Below, one piece after another: positions 46,118 through 56,934 of a stretch of DNA of 64,000 bases (within the stretch, counting starts at the first letter, position 1; each line of letters opens with the position of its first letter). The notes beneath the pieces were generated by a model, which was given only the letters and a program-made list of their open reading frames with translations, was not told where the DNA came from and ran no database searches. This DNA is from a virus (lineage: Duplodnaviria; Caudoviricetes). The translations under genes were made by a program, and so were the position numbers. The stretch covers positions 129,755 to 193,754 of IMG/VR virus record IMGVR_UViG_3300010429_001696; one strand, written 5' to 3'.

Positions 46118-47647
46118 TTAATACTCATCCCTATTATTTGATAGTACCACAGACGTTTCTTTATAATCTTTATAATAAAATGTGTCTAAATAGGGGAAGT
46201 TTAATTTCTCACCTTTTTTTATTGGGGATAATGTTACTTGAATTTTTCCGCTAACACCTTCACTTCTAACAATCATACCATTTTGATGAGCAAATTTTAT
46301 AAACTTCAATTCATCTGGATATCTAACAGTATAAACTCTATCCATATAAACTCTTCCGTCATCCAAATTCCAAACCAAAGCTCTCCCTACAATTTTATCA
46401 CCTTTACTATTTTTCATTATAGCGAGGCCTATTTTATCTGGAAATCTATCATATACATCCTTTATGAGGTATTGAGATCCACTACCACACATACAAGAGC
46501 TATTTAACGAACCACCACCGCTTTCATATCGAGTATTTAGGTACCAATATGAAATATCTTTGCCTCTTACGATCTCAATATTAACTGGTTTTTTCATTTC
46601 TTCTATTTCAGCCCTAAATTTATTTGAAAAATCTTCAATGTCTTTTTCTGTTAAAAATGAATTCAATTTTCTTAGAACTCGACCCACCCTTGTTCTCTGT
46701 CTATATTTTTCTTTATCAGCGGCTTTATGCCTTCTAGCTGGTATAAATGTTAAATAAGCTGGATCCTCATCTAGATCGATATCAGTTATGTCGAAATATG
46801 CTCCATACATAGAATATTCACTTCTTATAGAAAATCTTATAGCATTAATAATATAATTTACAGCTGTCGAAGATCTATATTGAGCTATTTCACCAGATTT
46901 TAATTCTTTATCAAATGAAAAATAATTTGAATATGTTTTAGCGTACGCTTTTACTTGTTCTGGTTTCAGTTCAAAATTTAATTTAGCTAAAACCTCTTCT
47001 ATCGTACCACGTTCAACATTATCATTTGGAGATTTTGGATCATATTTATCAGAAGGAACATAAGTTATATATTTTTCTGGTTCTTCTTTATCCTCATTCA
47101 GCTCTGTTATTTCAAAATATTGATGACCGTCTTTAGAAAGAGGATCTTTTAAGCCAACAACTCTGAAACCAATTCTATCTAATGTGTTTTTTAATTTCGA
47201 GCTAGATTTAAACTTTAAAAGTTTGCCGTCTCTTATGTCTTTAATATCTTTTTTATATTTTTTAAAGGCTTCGATAACACTTTCTATTTCAGACTTTTTA
47301 TAATATTCTTTTGTAAAAAGTTTTCTCAAAACACTTTCGCCATCTTCAAATATTCTATATCTTTTTAAAATTTTCTCGCTAGGTATCAATAAATTTGCTG
47401 GCATATAAGAAAGATTTTCTATGTTCTCGGGGTCGTTATCAAAACGAGAAAACTCTAAAAACATTTTCTTGTTCCAAGGAGTTTCTATTTGCAATCTATA
47501 ATTTCTTATCAAATTGTTTATAACTTCACGAGCGCCATTTCTTACTTGACACGCCACTATTTCATTTTTTTCAATTCTCTCTTTTTCTTCTTCTTCCTTA
47601 CTCTCTTTTAGAGATGTTGAGAAATTCTTAAAATCTTTTATCGACAT
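46118..47647 (-). CDS. conserved phage protein, GGSLNxSCM family, paralog 2
   Basis: GGSLNSSCM...GRALVW...YMDRVY...PYLDT. Confidence 0.8.
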   Translation of the reverse strand: MSIKDFKNFSTSLKESKEEEEKERIEKNEIVACQVRNGAREVINNLIRNYRLQIETPWNKKMFLEFSRFDNDPENIENLSYMPANLLIPSEKILKRYRIFEDGESVLRKLFTKEYYKKSEIESVIEAFKKYKKDIKDIRDGKLLKFKSSSKLKNTLDRIGFRVVGLKDPLSKDGHQYFEITELNEDKEEPEKYITYVPSDKYDPKSPNDNVERGTIEEVLAKLNFELKPEQVKAYAKTYSNYFSFDKELKSGEIAQYRSSTAVNYIINAIRFSIRSEYSMYGAYFDITDIDLDEDPAYLTFIPARRHKAADKEKYRQRTRVGRVLRKLNSFLTEKDIEDFSNKFRAEIEEMKKPVNIEIVRGKDISYWYLNTRYESGGGSLNSSCMCGSGSQYLIKDVYDRFPDKIGLAIMKNSKGDKIVGRALVWNLDDGRVYMDRVYTVRYPDELKFIKFAHQNGMIVRSEGVSGKIQVTLSPIKKGEKLNFPYLDTFYYKDYKETSVVLSNNRDEY

Positions 47648-47713
47648 ATTTTTCTAATATTTTTTACAAATTTAAACATTTTAATTATATATAAATTAAA
47701 AAATTTTATTTTT

Positions 47714-49792
47714 TTAATAGTTGGTTAAAACGTATTTTTTATATTCTTTTCTTTTCGAAAAAGAGTCTAGATATGGAAAATTTATATCAGAATTATCTTC
47801 ATTTGGAAGAGTTACTGTTAATTTTTTTTTCGTTTCATCTCTTATCAACATTTTATTGTCTTTAGCAAACTCTGTAAACTTATATACATCATGACTTTTT
47901 ACAGTATATATTCTATCCATATATAACTCACCACTATCTGTTTTCCAAACAACAGCTCTACCTTTTAATTTTTCCCCATCTTTTGTCAATAATATGGCGA
48001 GTGATATTTTATCAGGATATCTATCATATATCTTCACTCTTGGTTGTGTTTCTTTATATCTCATACACGAATTATTTAACGAGCCACCTTCTTTTAAATA
48101 TCTGTCTTGTAGATACCAATAAGATATATCGCTGCCATTAACTAGTTTTATATCAGCTGGTTCTAATAGATCATCCACTCGTGATTTGAATTTTTCACTA
48201 AATTTTTCAATTTCAGCTTCAGTATATCTTATACTTAATTTTCTCATCACTCTACCAGCTTTGGATGATTGACGATATCTTTCTTTGTTTTCATCATAAC
48301 TTCTACGAGCAGGTATAAAAGTAATATTACTACTATTTGTTCTATCTATATCTAGATCGGTTATATCAAAATATGTAAAAATTCTTTCATCATTCAATAC
48401 ACCACTGCTTTTACTGATCAAAAAATTTAAACCATTGAAAATGTCTCTTATAGTAGTCGAGCATTTATATAGTGCTAACATTTTTTTGTCCAATTTATCA
48501 TAGAAATCAAAAGCATATTTATATCCCTTTATCAAATCGGTTAAACCTTCAGAAAAATATGTTTTTGAATTAAATTTTTCTTCCGTAATTGTTGTATCAT
48601 CTATTATTAATAATTTAAAAACATTTTCCAATGTATCTGTTTCTCTATATGTTTCAGAGTTTCTAAGTTTAGCATATTTAGCTGACACATATGATAATTT
48701 GTTTGGATCGTTTTCAACAGTTTTTACATTTGTTATTTTTCGATAATTTTTTCTAATAAAATTACATTTAGTGAAATCTGATCCAATTTTTGCAAACGCT
48801 TTTGAACAAATTGTGTTTCCGAATATCATTTTTTCAAAATTTCTATCAAAATGACATTCTACATACTCATTGGATGCAATTTTTTCTAACATTTTTATGT
48901 GTTTTGAATAATCTTCTATTGTCTTTTTTCTAACTCTTTCAGGTGTATAATATAAGATTTTATTAATAACATCTTCATAATTTTCAGATATTCTATTTTT
49001 TTCTTTTACTACGGTTGGAGCGTTGGCATAAATGACATTAATATATGTTAATTTATTCACATCTTTTTCATCTAAATCAAAATTAGTTTGTTCGATTTTA
49101 TATGAGGCATCTATTTGAAAATATGTAATATATCTCAATCTTTCACTAATAATTGGTTGCCTCCTGTTTGGATTCTGATCTTGTGATGTTGCCCAATAAT
49201 AATATCTTCTTAATACATTTTGTTTATCATAATTTTCATCAAGAATTCCATCAAAAAATTCTTCAATTCTATACTCTCTTCGATATTTTTCTTTTTCTAT
49301 TTCTGTAAAATATTTGTCATATGGTATAGCTGTTATTTTCATTGGATCAGTGGAGGATTTATCAATGGAGGTAAAAGGAAGAAATTTATTGACAATTTTT
49401 AAATCCAACTTATATAAAATAAAAGCTAAGTTGCGGTCAGCCACAAATATAGATTCATTAGCCAACATACACTTTCCAATTTTATTTTCTAAAATATCAT
49501 TCAAAAATTTTGTATCACTTCCAACTTTATCGACATTTTTTAATTGTCTGCTATTTAATGTGATATCGATTCCACGTTTTAACATAAGTATTCCCAACTC
49601 TTGACATCTCGTTATGGGATCATCTTTTATTTTACGTGTCACTATTCCTTTTTCATTACGAAAATTATGATAACCGCCACTGAATCTTCCATTCAATTTC
49701 AGAATGTCACCTGGATTGATCCCGTCTATTTTTGCTTCATTTAAAATAAATCCTTTATATTTTAACAAACTATTATTTGGCATATTAAACAT
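47714..49792 (-). CDS. conserved phage protein, GGSLNNSCM family, paralog 1
   Basis: GGSLNNSCMRY...GRAVVW...YMDRIY...PYLDS. Confidence 0.8.
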   Translation of the reverse strand: MFNMPNNSLLKYKGFILNEAKIDGINPGDILKLNGRFSGGYHNFRNEKGIVTRKIKDDPITRCQELGILMLKRGIDITLNSRQLKNVDKVGSDTKFLNDILENKIGKCMLANESIFVADRNLAFILYKLDLKIVNKFLPFTSIDKSSTDPMKITAIPYDKYFTEIEKEKYRREYRIEEFFDGILDENYDKQNVLRRYYYWATSQDQNPNRRQPIISERLRYITYFQIDASYKIEQTNFDLDEKDVNKLTYINVIYANAPTVVKEKNRISENYEDVINKILYYTPERVRKKTIEDYSKHIKMLEKIASNEYVECHFDRNFEKMIFGNTICSKAFAKIGSDFTKCNFIRKNYRKITNVKTVENDPNKLSYVSAKYAKLRNSETYRETDTLENVFKLLIIDDTTITEEKFNSKTYFSEGLTDLIKGYKYAFDFYDKLDKKMLALYKCSTTIRDIFNGLNFLISKSSGVLNDERIFTYFDITDLDIDRTNSSNITFIPARRSYDENKERYRQSSKAGRVMRKLSIRYTEAEIEKFSEKFKSRVDDLLEPADIKLVNGSDISYWYLQDRYLKEGGSLNNSCMRYKETQPRVKIYDRYPDKISLAILLTKDGEKLKGRAVVWKTDSGELYMDRIYTVKSHDVYKFTEFAKDNKMLIRDETKKKLTVTLPNEDNSDINFPYLDSFSKRKEYKKYVLTNY

Positions 49793-49832
49793 TATATATT
49801 TTTAACTATATATAAAATAAAAAAATTAAAAA

Positions 49833-50837
49833 ATGAATTATAATGAAGATCTTTATAAAATCTTAGAGTTAGATAAAAATGCTACAGAAGAAAGTATTAA
49901 AAAAAATTATAGAAAACTTTCAAAAAAGCATCATCCAGACATCAATAAATCAGGTGAGGACGAAGAATTTAAAAAAATATCATCCGCCTATGAAGTCCTT
50001 TCAGACAAGAATAAAAAGTCAGAATATGATAGAATGTCTCCTTATGGAAAAGATTATAATCCAGCAAATAGTTTTTTTGGTGGCGGGATGGGCGGTTTTG
50101 GTTCGGTTTTCGGATTCGATCCATTTGGTGGAGGAGGAGATCCATTTGATTTTATGAACAGGGTATTTAATAGAAGAGATGAATTTATAGAAAACCTTGA
50201 TATTCAATTAAATATAAATGTAACTCTAAAAGAAATCTACAATAATGAAAATATTAAAATAGTATATGATCATCAAGTTCAATGTGACGAATGCGGTTTT
50301 ACAGGATTTGATCAAAATAGTGAATCGTATAGTTGTGATGTGTGTGATGGAAAGGGAACGGATGGATTTACAAAATGTAAATATTGTGGAGGAACAGGTA
50401 AAATCCACACTGGAACTTGTAAAAAATGTAATGGGGATAAAGTGATATTCAAAAGAGAAGAATTTGCTCTGACTAGCTCGTTTAGAATAAATAGTAGCTC
50501 AGTAAAATATTTTAGATCTATGGGTCATCAATCCAGATATTATTCTACTAAGGTCGGAACTCTGATAATTAATATAAATTTTTTGGATGATAATAGATAT
50601 GTGAGAAGAGGAAGTGATTTAATTCATAAACTGGATCTCCATTTTCAACGAGCCATAGATGGATATATTTTTGATTACGAGCATCTTGATGGAAAAAAAT
50701 ATTCTGTTTCCATACCGCCGAAAACAAAAGATGGTGATTTATTAAAAATGAGAGAGAAGGGGTTAATGATTAGCGAAAAGCAAAGAGGCGACTTGATTTT
50801 TAACATAAATATAATTATAGACTACGATTTGTTCTAA
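49833..50837 (+). CDS. dnaJ: DnaJ (class A-like) co-chaperone
   Basis: J domain with HPD, G/F-rich linker, four CxxCxGxG repeats, C-terminal domain. Confidence 0.93.
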   Translation: MNYNEDLYKILELDKNATEESIKKNYRKLSKKHHPDINKSGEDEEFKKISSAYEVLSDKNKKSEYDRMSPYGKDYNPANSFFGGGMGGFGSVFGFDPFGGGGDPFDFMNRVFNRRDEFIENLDIQLNINVTLKEIYNNENIKIVYDHQVQCDECGFTGFDQNSESYSCDVCDGKGTDGFTKCKYCGGTGKIHTGTCKKCNGDKVIFKREEFALTSSFRINSSSVKYFRSMGHQSRYYSTKVGTLIININFLDDNRYVRRGSDLIHKLDLHFQRAIDGYIFDYEHLDGKKYSVSIPPKTKDGDLLKMREKGLMISEKQRGDLIFNINIIIDYDLF

Positions 50838-50889
50838 AAATGAATAAAAAATAATAATATATAAGAATAAAAAAAATAATTATATAACT

Positions 50890-51729
50890 ATGGGCAATAT
50901 TATTAAAGATTATAAAAGATTTGTCAATGAATCAGTTGATTCTTCAATAAAATCAATTACAGACATACCAGAAGAAGTTTTTATGACAGCTAAAAAAATT
51001 GCTGCGGACTATTATGATAAAACCAGAAAACCAGTTTTTGAATTTTCGCCAGAAAAAGGATTGTTGATGAAATTTGGCGTGACAGATAAAGACTTTAGAT
51101 TTGCTGAAGAAGGAACTTTGGAATTGGATTTGAATACTGCAGCAAAAAGAAAAAGAGATTATAATGTCACTTTGATCTATGATGACAAAATAACGGAAAC
51201 AGAAGAGGTTCAATATATTGTCAAATTTGAACCGAATACGGAGCCTTACATAGAAGTCGATGGTGAAGATGAAGATAATGATTTTGTCGATGAATATGAA
51301 TTGAATAAAGATCCAGAAGAGAATTTCGATGATGAAGATATTGATAAAAATATCAATAGGAGGATCAAGCAAGATGTTCAATTTATAGATAATGATGATG
51401 ATGATGATGATGATTTTTTGGATGAAGAATTCAATCCTCTGAAAAAAGAAGATTGGAAAAAAGCTGGAAAAACCATAAGAAAAGGAGTTGGAATTCTAAC
51501 AAAAGAAGAAGCCGTTGAAAAGGGAAGAGAAATTGTGATGAATCATGTAAATAGAAAAAAGAAATATTTAGATTTATTGGAAGAAGATCCTGAGGCCGCT
51601 GAAAAATATCTTGAATTTTTTGGTCATAATCCAAATGGTATACCCGAGTGGAATAGTGAAAAAGAAGAGTGGATCGATAGAGCATTCTATTCATCAAATG
51701 TTGGTGGAAGTTGGGGTGGCGAATACTAA
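50890..51729 (+). CDS. acidic protein with capsid-targeting-like N-terminus
   Basis: IIKDYKRFVNES; poly-Asp linker followed by LDEE. Confidence 0.7.
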   Translation: MGNIIKDYKRFVNESVDSSIKSITDIPEEVFMTAKKIAADYYDKTRKPVFEFSPEKGLLMKFGVTDKDFRFAEEGTLELDLNTAAKRKRDYNVTLIYDDKITETEEVQYIVKFEPNTEPYIEVDGEDEDNDFVDEYELNKDPEENFDDEDIDKNINRRIKQDVQFIDNDDDDDDDFLDEEFNPLKKEDWKKAGKTIRKGVGILTKEEAVEKGREIVMNHVNRKKKYLDLLEEDPEAAEKYLEFFGHNPNGIPEWNSEKEEWIDRAFYSSNVGGSWGGEY

Positions 51730-51749
51730 ACTTGTGAAAATTATACAAA

Positions 51750-52055
51750 ATGATTGACGTAAGAGTTGGACACAATATTTTAATCTTACCGAGATTACAA
51801 TATTATATTGAAAAGAGAGATTGGGATGATATGTCCAGTCTTATTGGAAATATTTATACCATTAATAGAATAGAAAAAGCTTCAAATTGGGAAAAAGATG
51901 GTGAGGGCGGGGATATAATATATTGGTTTCGTGATCATAATGAATTAAGTTGGTTTGTCTATAGAGATTGTTTTGAAATCACGACAAGAAAAAGAAAAAG
52001 AAAATTAAATTTAGAAGAAGATCCTTGGGGTGAAGAAAACTGGGGATGGGAATAA
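51750..52055 (+). CDS. small protein ending in the EEDPWGEENWGWE tag, copy 1
   Basis: ORF track. Confidence 0.75.
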   Translation: MIDVRVGHNILILPRLQYYIEKRDWDDMSSLIGNIYTINRIEKASNWEKDGEGGDIIYWFRDHNELSWFVYRDCFEITTRKRKRKLNLEEDPWGEENWGWE

Positions 52056-52432
52056 AATTTTTTGAATTATGGATAGTTATGAAGATATAAAAGAAGGCGA
52101 TGAAGTTTTAATTCTACCGAGATTGGAATATTATATTGATAAAAGAGAGTGGCCTCGTATAATGAAAGATCTCATTGGAAATATTTATGTGATCAAAGAA
52201 ATAGGCTTCGATGAGAGAAATATCACAGATAGTGAAGGAGGATTTGTCATATATTGGATCAAAGATTTTGGAGAACGTTGGTATGTTTATAGAGATTGTA
52301 TAGAACATATAACTAGAAAAAGAAAATTAAATTTAGAGGAAGATCCTTGGGGTGAAGAAAACTGGGGATGGGAATAAAATTTTTTGAATTATGAATAGTT
52401 ATGAAGATATAAAAAAAGGCGATGAAGTTTTG
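51994..52432 (+). repeat. ~115-bp direct repeat (about 51994-52109 and 52316-52431)
   Basis: agaaaaagaaaattaaatttaga...ggaataaaattttttgaattatg..tagttatgaagatataaaa..aggcgatgaagtttt occurs twice; the second begins a truncated third gene. Confidence 0.85.
52069..52377 (+). CDS. small protein ending in the EEDPWGEENWGWE tag, copy 2
   Basis: Paralog of 51750..52055. Confidence 0.75.
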   Translation: MDSYEDIKEGDEVLILPRLEYYIDKREWPRIMKDLIGNIYVIKEIGFDERNITDSEGGFVIYWIKDFGERWYVYRDCIEHITRKRKLNLEEDPWGEENWGWE

Positions 52433-52622
52433 TTCTATGTTGTTTTGTGTCAATGTATAAAAATGGGGCATCATTTTTTATTTGTCGCAAAAGAAATGGG
52501 TTTTTTAAATCATATTTAAAACATTTATCTTTGTAAATATCAATAAAATCTTTTTCTGATAATTCTTTTGTATATTTTTCATATTCTGTTTGTTCTTTTA
52601 AATATTCATTAAAATTTTTCAT
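52389..52622 (-). pseudogene. probably 3'-truncated gene with capsid-targeting-like N-terminus
   Basis: MKNFNEYLKEQ; its end runs into the truncated repeat copy on the other strand. Confidence 0.5.
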
Positions 52623-52640
52623 AATAATATATATTTAAAA

Positions 52641-53042
52641 TCACATATCAAATTTTTGAGAATTTTTCATCTCTTTTTCTAAATCATCCTTGAAATAAAC
52701 TTTTAGATATTCTATATCAAAATTATCTAAATCATATCTTTGACGAACCAGATCATAATTTTTTTCTTTTTCGGTTGTCTTATTGGTGGATGATTTTTTT
52801 CTATCTTTCGCATCCCAATACCATTTCGGTATAGAATAAGTGTCTTTAAAAAATTCGAACCACAAGTCGATGGCTGACGCTTTATCTATCGACTTGTGAT
52901 TAAAATTATTAGCAAAATCTGGAAATCCTTTTCCCAGTTTTCTATTAATAATGAAGAAAGCATCAATTTTATCTTGATCTCTAACTTCATTATATAGATT
53001 TTTTTTAACAAAAATTCTATTTACAATTTCAATAAAATCCAT
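52641..53042 (-). CDS. putative clamp-loader small subunit (T4 gp62-like)
   Basis: AFFIINRKLG...FANNFN pattern reminiscent of gp62; not searched. Confidence 0.4.
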   Translation of the reverse strand: MDFIEIVNRIFVKKNLYNEVRDQDKIDAFFIINRKLGKGFPDFANNFNHKSIDKASAIDLWFEFFKDTYSIPKWYWDAKDRKKSSTNKTTEKEKNYDLVRQRYDLDNFDIEYLKVYFKDDLEKEMKNSQKFDM

Positions 53043-53044
53043 TT

Positions 53045-53458
53045 TTAATAATAAGATTTATAATCAAAAGGATAAATTTTTACATTAAAAATAAAAACTC
53101 CTTCTTTATCATAATAGTTATATACAAAAATAACATCATTGTCTCTAAAAAGAGCTAAATCAGGTGAAGTTTTTATTTTATTTAATAGTTTTTCGGAAAA
53201 TGGCACTTTTACAAGATCCCAATTACTTATGTCTGATTTTTTTCTATTGACAAGAGTGTAATTATAAGTCAATGTCTTTAAAGGGACAAAAAGAACATTA
53301 TCTGCCCTGGTCTCATTATCGACAACCATAGGTAAGTTGGTGTTTATAATAGATATGGACTCTTTCATTAGACTTGAAAAGTCATTATCGTTCATTTTTT
53401 GTGAAAAGCCCAAAAAAGAAACAAAAATAAAGGCTAAAAGTAAAAATATTTTTTTCAT
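53045..53458 (-). CDS. secreted protein with Sec signal peptide
   Basis: MKKIFLLLAFIFVSFLGFSQ signal with Gln at +1 (Bacteroidota-like). Confidence 0.75.
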   Translation of the reverse strand: MKKIFLLLAFIFVSFLGFSQKMNDNDFSSLMKESISIINTNLPMVVDNETRADNVLFVPLKTLTYNYTLVNRKKSDISNWDLVKVPFSEKLLNKIKTSPDLALFRDNDVIFVYNYYDKEGVFIFNVKIYPFDYKSYY

Positions 53459-53537
53459 AGAGTTTGATTTTACAAATTATAACTTAGAAATCAAAAATTG
53501 TTTGAACTTATTTAGAATTTATTTATATAATGGTTAT

Positions 53538-54392
53538 ATGATAGATATTTACAAACAATTTATAAAAACAAAACTAGTCAAAAAAGATATCAATTTTTTC
53601 TTCGGAGTCATTAAGGAATTGGTAATGAATGATTTATATCCAAAATATTTAATAAGCCGCCGACTAAACAAATCATATAAAATTGTTAATTATCTGTGTG
53701 GTTTCAATGAAACTTGTCTTTGTTTCTATGAAGATATTTTAAATATAAATTTTTCAGTTGATAACAATCAAAAAAGCTACATACAAATTGTAGAAATGTC
53801 TTATGATAATTTTAAAATGAAAATTGCTCTCGATATAAACATTTTTTTAAAAACGGATGAAAGAAAAAATAGACTCATATATGCTGATAATAAATTTCTA
53901 CATAGCTTACAAAAAACAATATACTTAATAAAAGAAGAGCATAAAAAAAGAATATTTGAAGATGAAATTTTGTATGATGAAATTTTACAAGATAATTTGA
54001 AAAATATAAAAAAATCTGAAAATTTAAATGATATAATTTATATAATAAAAAAATCAACAGATCCATTTTTTAGAGAAAATCTTTCCAAGCTAGATCCAAT
54101 AATTTCAGGAATAAAAACAAAAACTTTAGATATTATATTTTTTATTATACATAGAATGCGATATTATAAAAATTATAAAAAACACATAAAACCAGCTAGA
54201 ATAGAGAAAATCTTATTCACAGATGAAGAAGCAGTAGAAATAGCTGGTATATTAAATCATCAACTTACGGAAGAAAAAAATAAATTCTTGGAAGATGTTG
54301 TTGAACATTACAATCAAAGAATGTTCAAATCATCAATGGAAATAGATGGCCATATAACAAAAACATTTCACAAAATAAAAGAGAAAAATTAA
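53538..54392 (+). CDS. hypothetical protein
   Basis: Start moved to the in-frame ATG at 53538 to avoid overlap with 53045..53458. Confidence 0.6.
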   Translation: MIDIYKQFIKTKLVKKDINFFFGVIKELVMNDLYPKYLISRRLNKSYKIVNYLCGFNETCLCFYEDILNINFSVDNNQKSYIQIVEMSYDNFKMKIALDINIFLKTDERKNRLIYADNKFLHSLQKTIYLIKEEHKKRIFEDEILYDEILQDNLKNIKKSENLNDIIYIIKKSTDPFFRENLSKLDPIISGIKTKTLDIIFFIIHRMRYYKNYKKHIKPARIEKILFTDEEAVEIAGILNHQLTEEKNKFLEDVVEHYNQRMFKSSMEIDGHITKTFHKIKEKN

Positions 54393-54421
54393 TATATAGA
54401 AAAAGAAAATAATTTATTCTT

Positions 54422-56932
54422 GTGGATTATCTATTATCTAAAAAATTTGATGGAACCTTTACAATTAATTTCATTGGTGTCGAAACTCTAACACCAGAAG
54501 ATCCAGTTATGAAACTCCGATTGGCATCACCAATAGTGGGAGTTAAAAAAATTACTGGATACGAACAAATTATAAATGGAGTGATCGACGCATCCCAGTA
54601 TGTTGTTGTTAAATTTAAATGGCAAAATCGATATGATATAGAAATACCTTGTGGAGATTGTTGGAGTGATCTTTTACCCATATCTGCTTTAACTGGTATA
54701 ACAACCATACCGACCGAGCCTTTTGATTTAGAATTATATTTTTATAGAGTTGATGAAAAAGTTGATAGTCTTCTACCAACCCCGATATATGTTGGGAACG
54801 ATGCGACAAGCGTCGCCGTTAAAATAAGTGGAGAATATGAGTTTAATTGGACAGATGGTCCGTTTATTTTAACAAATGAGCTGAGCGATCAAGGGGGCGT
54901 AATCTTATCTCCATCAGATATTTATAAAATTTTCAACATAACAGATTATACTATCTTATCGGATGATAATGATAATTTATTGATTTATTGGCGAGTAACA
55001 CAAGATAATGGAAGAACATATTCTAAATGGGAGCCGCTGACAAAAGAAAATATATCCACTTATCGTTTCAATCAACTTCGTTTTGCTAAAATGCAATATT
55101 TAATAAAATTGATTAATCCTGTATATACACCGATTAATGTTTATGATGTAATTTTGAGTGGCGAGTTTCAAAATATATCAGCCAATTCAATGAAAACAAA
55201 TTTTTATGGTATAAGAGCGGATTGTGTCACAGGACTTTTAAATCCGAACAATACTGGTGTGACGAGCGGTGTAACTACTTGTGCTAGAAACATAGACACA
55301 GGACTACAATCTTATTCACAGGGTAATGGTGTGTTTGCTCCAGCTATGACAAATTACGAGTTGGATATGAATTTTTGGACACAAGGACTTAGTTGCTATT
55401 CTTCTGGACAACCTTCTAATAGTTTGACTAGCTCGGCTATCGCAGCGAGCACCAATTCAACCAGTGGAAATGGTGCATCTTGGAATCCATATGATATAAA
55501 TAAAATAGCTGGCTTTGCCAACACATTAGCTAATCAATTAAATGAAATATTTGCTTGGGAAGTTGATTATCACTTGACTGATCCAGATGAAAATGGCACA
55601 GATTTCATTCTACATGAATATCAGCTATTTAATATAGTGGATGTTAAAAAATTGAAAGTGTTAGTGCCAGATAATAAATTTCCAGATAACACAGTGAAAA
55701 TGAATGCTTTCAGTTTAGAATTATTTGACACATTTGAAATACATATATTAAAAGATGAATTCAAAAGAAAATTTGGAATAGATCGTCGCCCAGCTGAAAA
55801 TGATGTTTTGTTTTTCTGTGTTATAAATCGTTTGTTCTATGTAAAACATGCTCAAATTTATAGAGATATAATGAATGCTGGTTTTTATTATAAAGTTATT
55901 CTCGAAAAATACGAACAAAAAGCCAATATACGAAATCTTTCAGAAGAGTCGAAACAAATGCTTGATATACTTACGAATAACACCACAATGCAAGAATTAT
56001 TCGGAGAAGAAGTTAAAAATGAAGAAGAAAAGATCGCTAATATCGAACAATTTAAACCTTTCACATTTGATCCAATGCGTTATGTGATAAGCAATGATGT
56101 CATTAGAGTACAACAAGATATATTGAACTATGATATAAATTTTTCAAAAACTCATTATGATTTCAAAGACACTGTTGGAAAAACAGCAATTTTTTACAAA
56201 AAGACAGATAATACGCTTGGTCTTTCAGACAATAGAACTTTCATATTTTGGATAAATTTTAATAACGCGTGGGATTCTAATGTTAGACCAACAAGAAACT
56301 CTTGGAAACATTACAACATAGATTCTACTTTAAATTATTGGTTTTTGAACAATTTTGACACAGATACGAATAAGGGATACAGGGTGTGGTATCATAATAA
56401 GAATTTAAACATCCAAATAAATGATAAATTTTATAGTATATCGAACTTGAATTTATTGACAAACATTTGGTACGGAGTAGTAATTATTATGGATCAAAGA
56501 CAAAAAACTATGGATCTAAAAGTATATCAAAGAGATAATGACTATGATATAGTTATGATGCATACTACAACTCAACATATTGTCAGAGTTGATTGGCTTG
56601 ACACGGCCAGTTATACTCAATACATATCGGCTGGATATAAACCAGTGGATAACGAAGAAAAAAAATCATCTACTACGATTTTCAAGACAGTTAAAGAAAA
56701 TTATTATGAAAATATTGAAAATCAATCATTTGAGCACGAGGTAGATTTAACAATTACTGGCTCGAATATAAAGATGACAAACATAAGAATAATGATTGAT
56801 TCGGTGCCTGTTGATGAAATAAATAACTTATTGAATCAATGGATAATAAGAGATTCACAGAGAGTCCTATTGGCCGACAATGCTGACAAAAATATTTATA
56901 CAGATAATTTTGTAAATAAAAATTGGATATAA
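54422..56932 (+). CDS. virion structural protein (neck/head-completion-like domain plus LamG-like C-terminus)
   Basis: 836 aa; D.ILHEY.L...FEIHI.K..F...FG...RP.E.D.LFF pattern like T4 gp14-type neck proteins; inferred. Confidence 0.55.
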   Translation: MDYLLSKKFDGTFTINFIGVETLTPEDPVMKLRLASPIVGVKKITGYEQIINGVIDASQYVVVKFKWQNRYDIEIPCGDCWSDLLPISALTGITTIPTEPFDLELYFYRVDEKVDSLLPTPIYVGNDATSVAVKISGEYEFNWTDGPFILTNELSDQGGVILSPSDIYKIFNITDYTILSDDNDNLLIYWRVTQDNGRTYSKWEPLTKENISTYRFNQLRFAKMQYLIKLINPVYTPINVYDVILSGEFQNISANSMKTNFYGIRADCVTGLLNPNNTGVTSGVTTCARNIDTGLQSYSQGNGVFAPAMTNYELDMNFWTQGLSCYSSGQPSNSLTSSAIAASTNSTSGNGASWNPYDINKIAGFANTLANQLNEIFAWEVDYHLTDPDENGTDFILHEYQLFNIVDVKKLKVLVPDNKFPDNTVKMNAFSLELFDTFEIHILKDEFKRKFGIDRRPAENDVLFFCVINRLFYVKHAQIYRDIMNAGFYYKVILEKYEQKANIRNLSEESKQMLDILTNNTTMQELFGEEVKNEEEKIANIEQFKPFTFDPMRYVISNDVIRVQQDILNYDINFSKTHYDFKDTVGKTAIFYKKTDNTLGLSDNRTFIFWINFNNAWDSNVRPTRNSWKHYNIDSTLNYWFLNNFDTDTNKGYRVWYHNKNLNIQINDKFYSISNLNLLTNIWYGVVIIMDQRQKTMDLKVYQRDNDYDIVMMHTTTQHIVRVDWLDTASYTQYISAGYKPVDNEEKKSSTTIFKTVKENYYENIENQSFEHEVDLTITGSNIKMTNIRIMIDSVPVDEINNLLNQWIIRDSQRVLLADNADKNIYTDNFVNKNWI

Positions 56933-56934
56933 TA

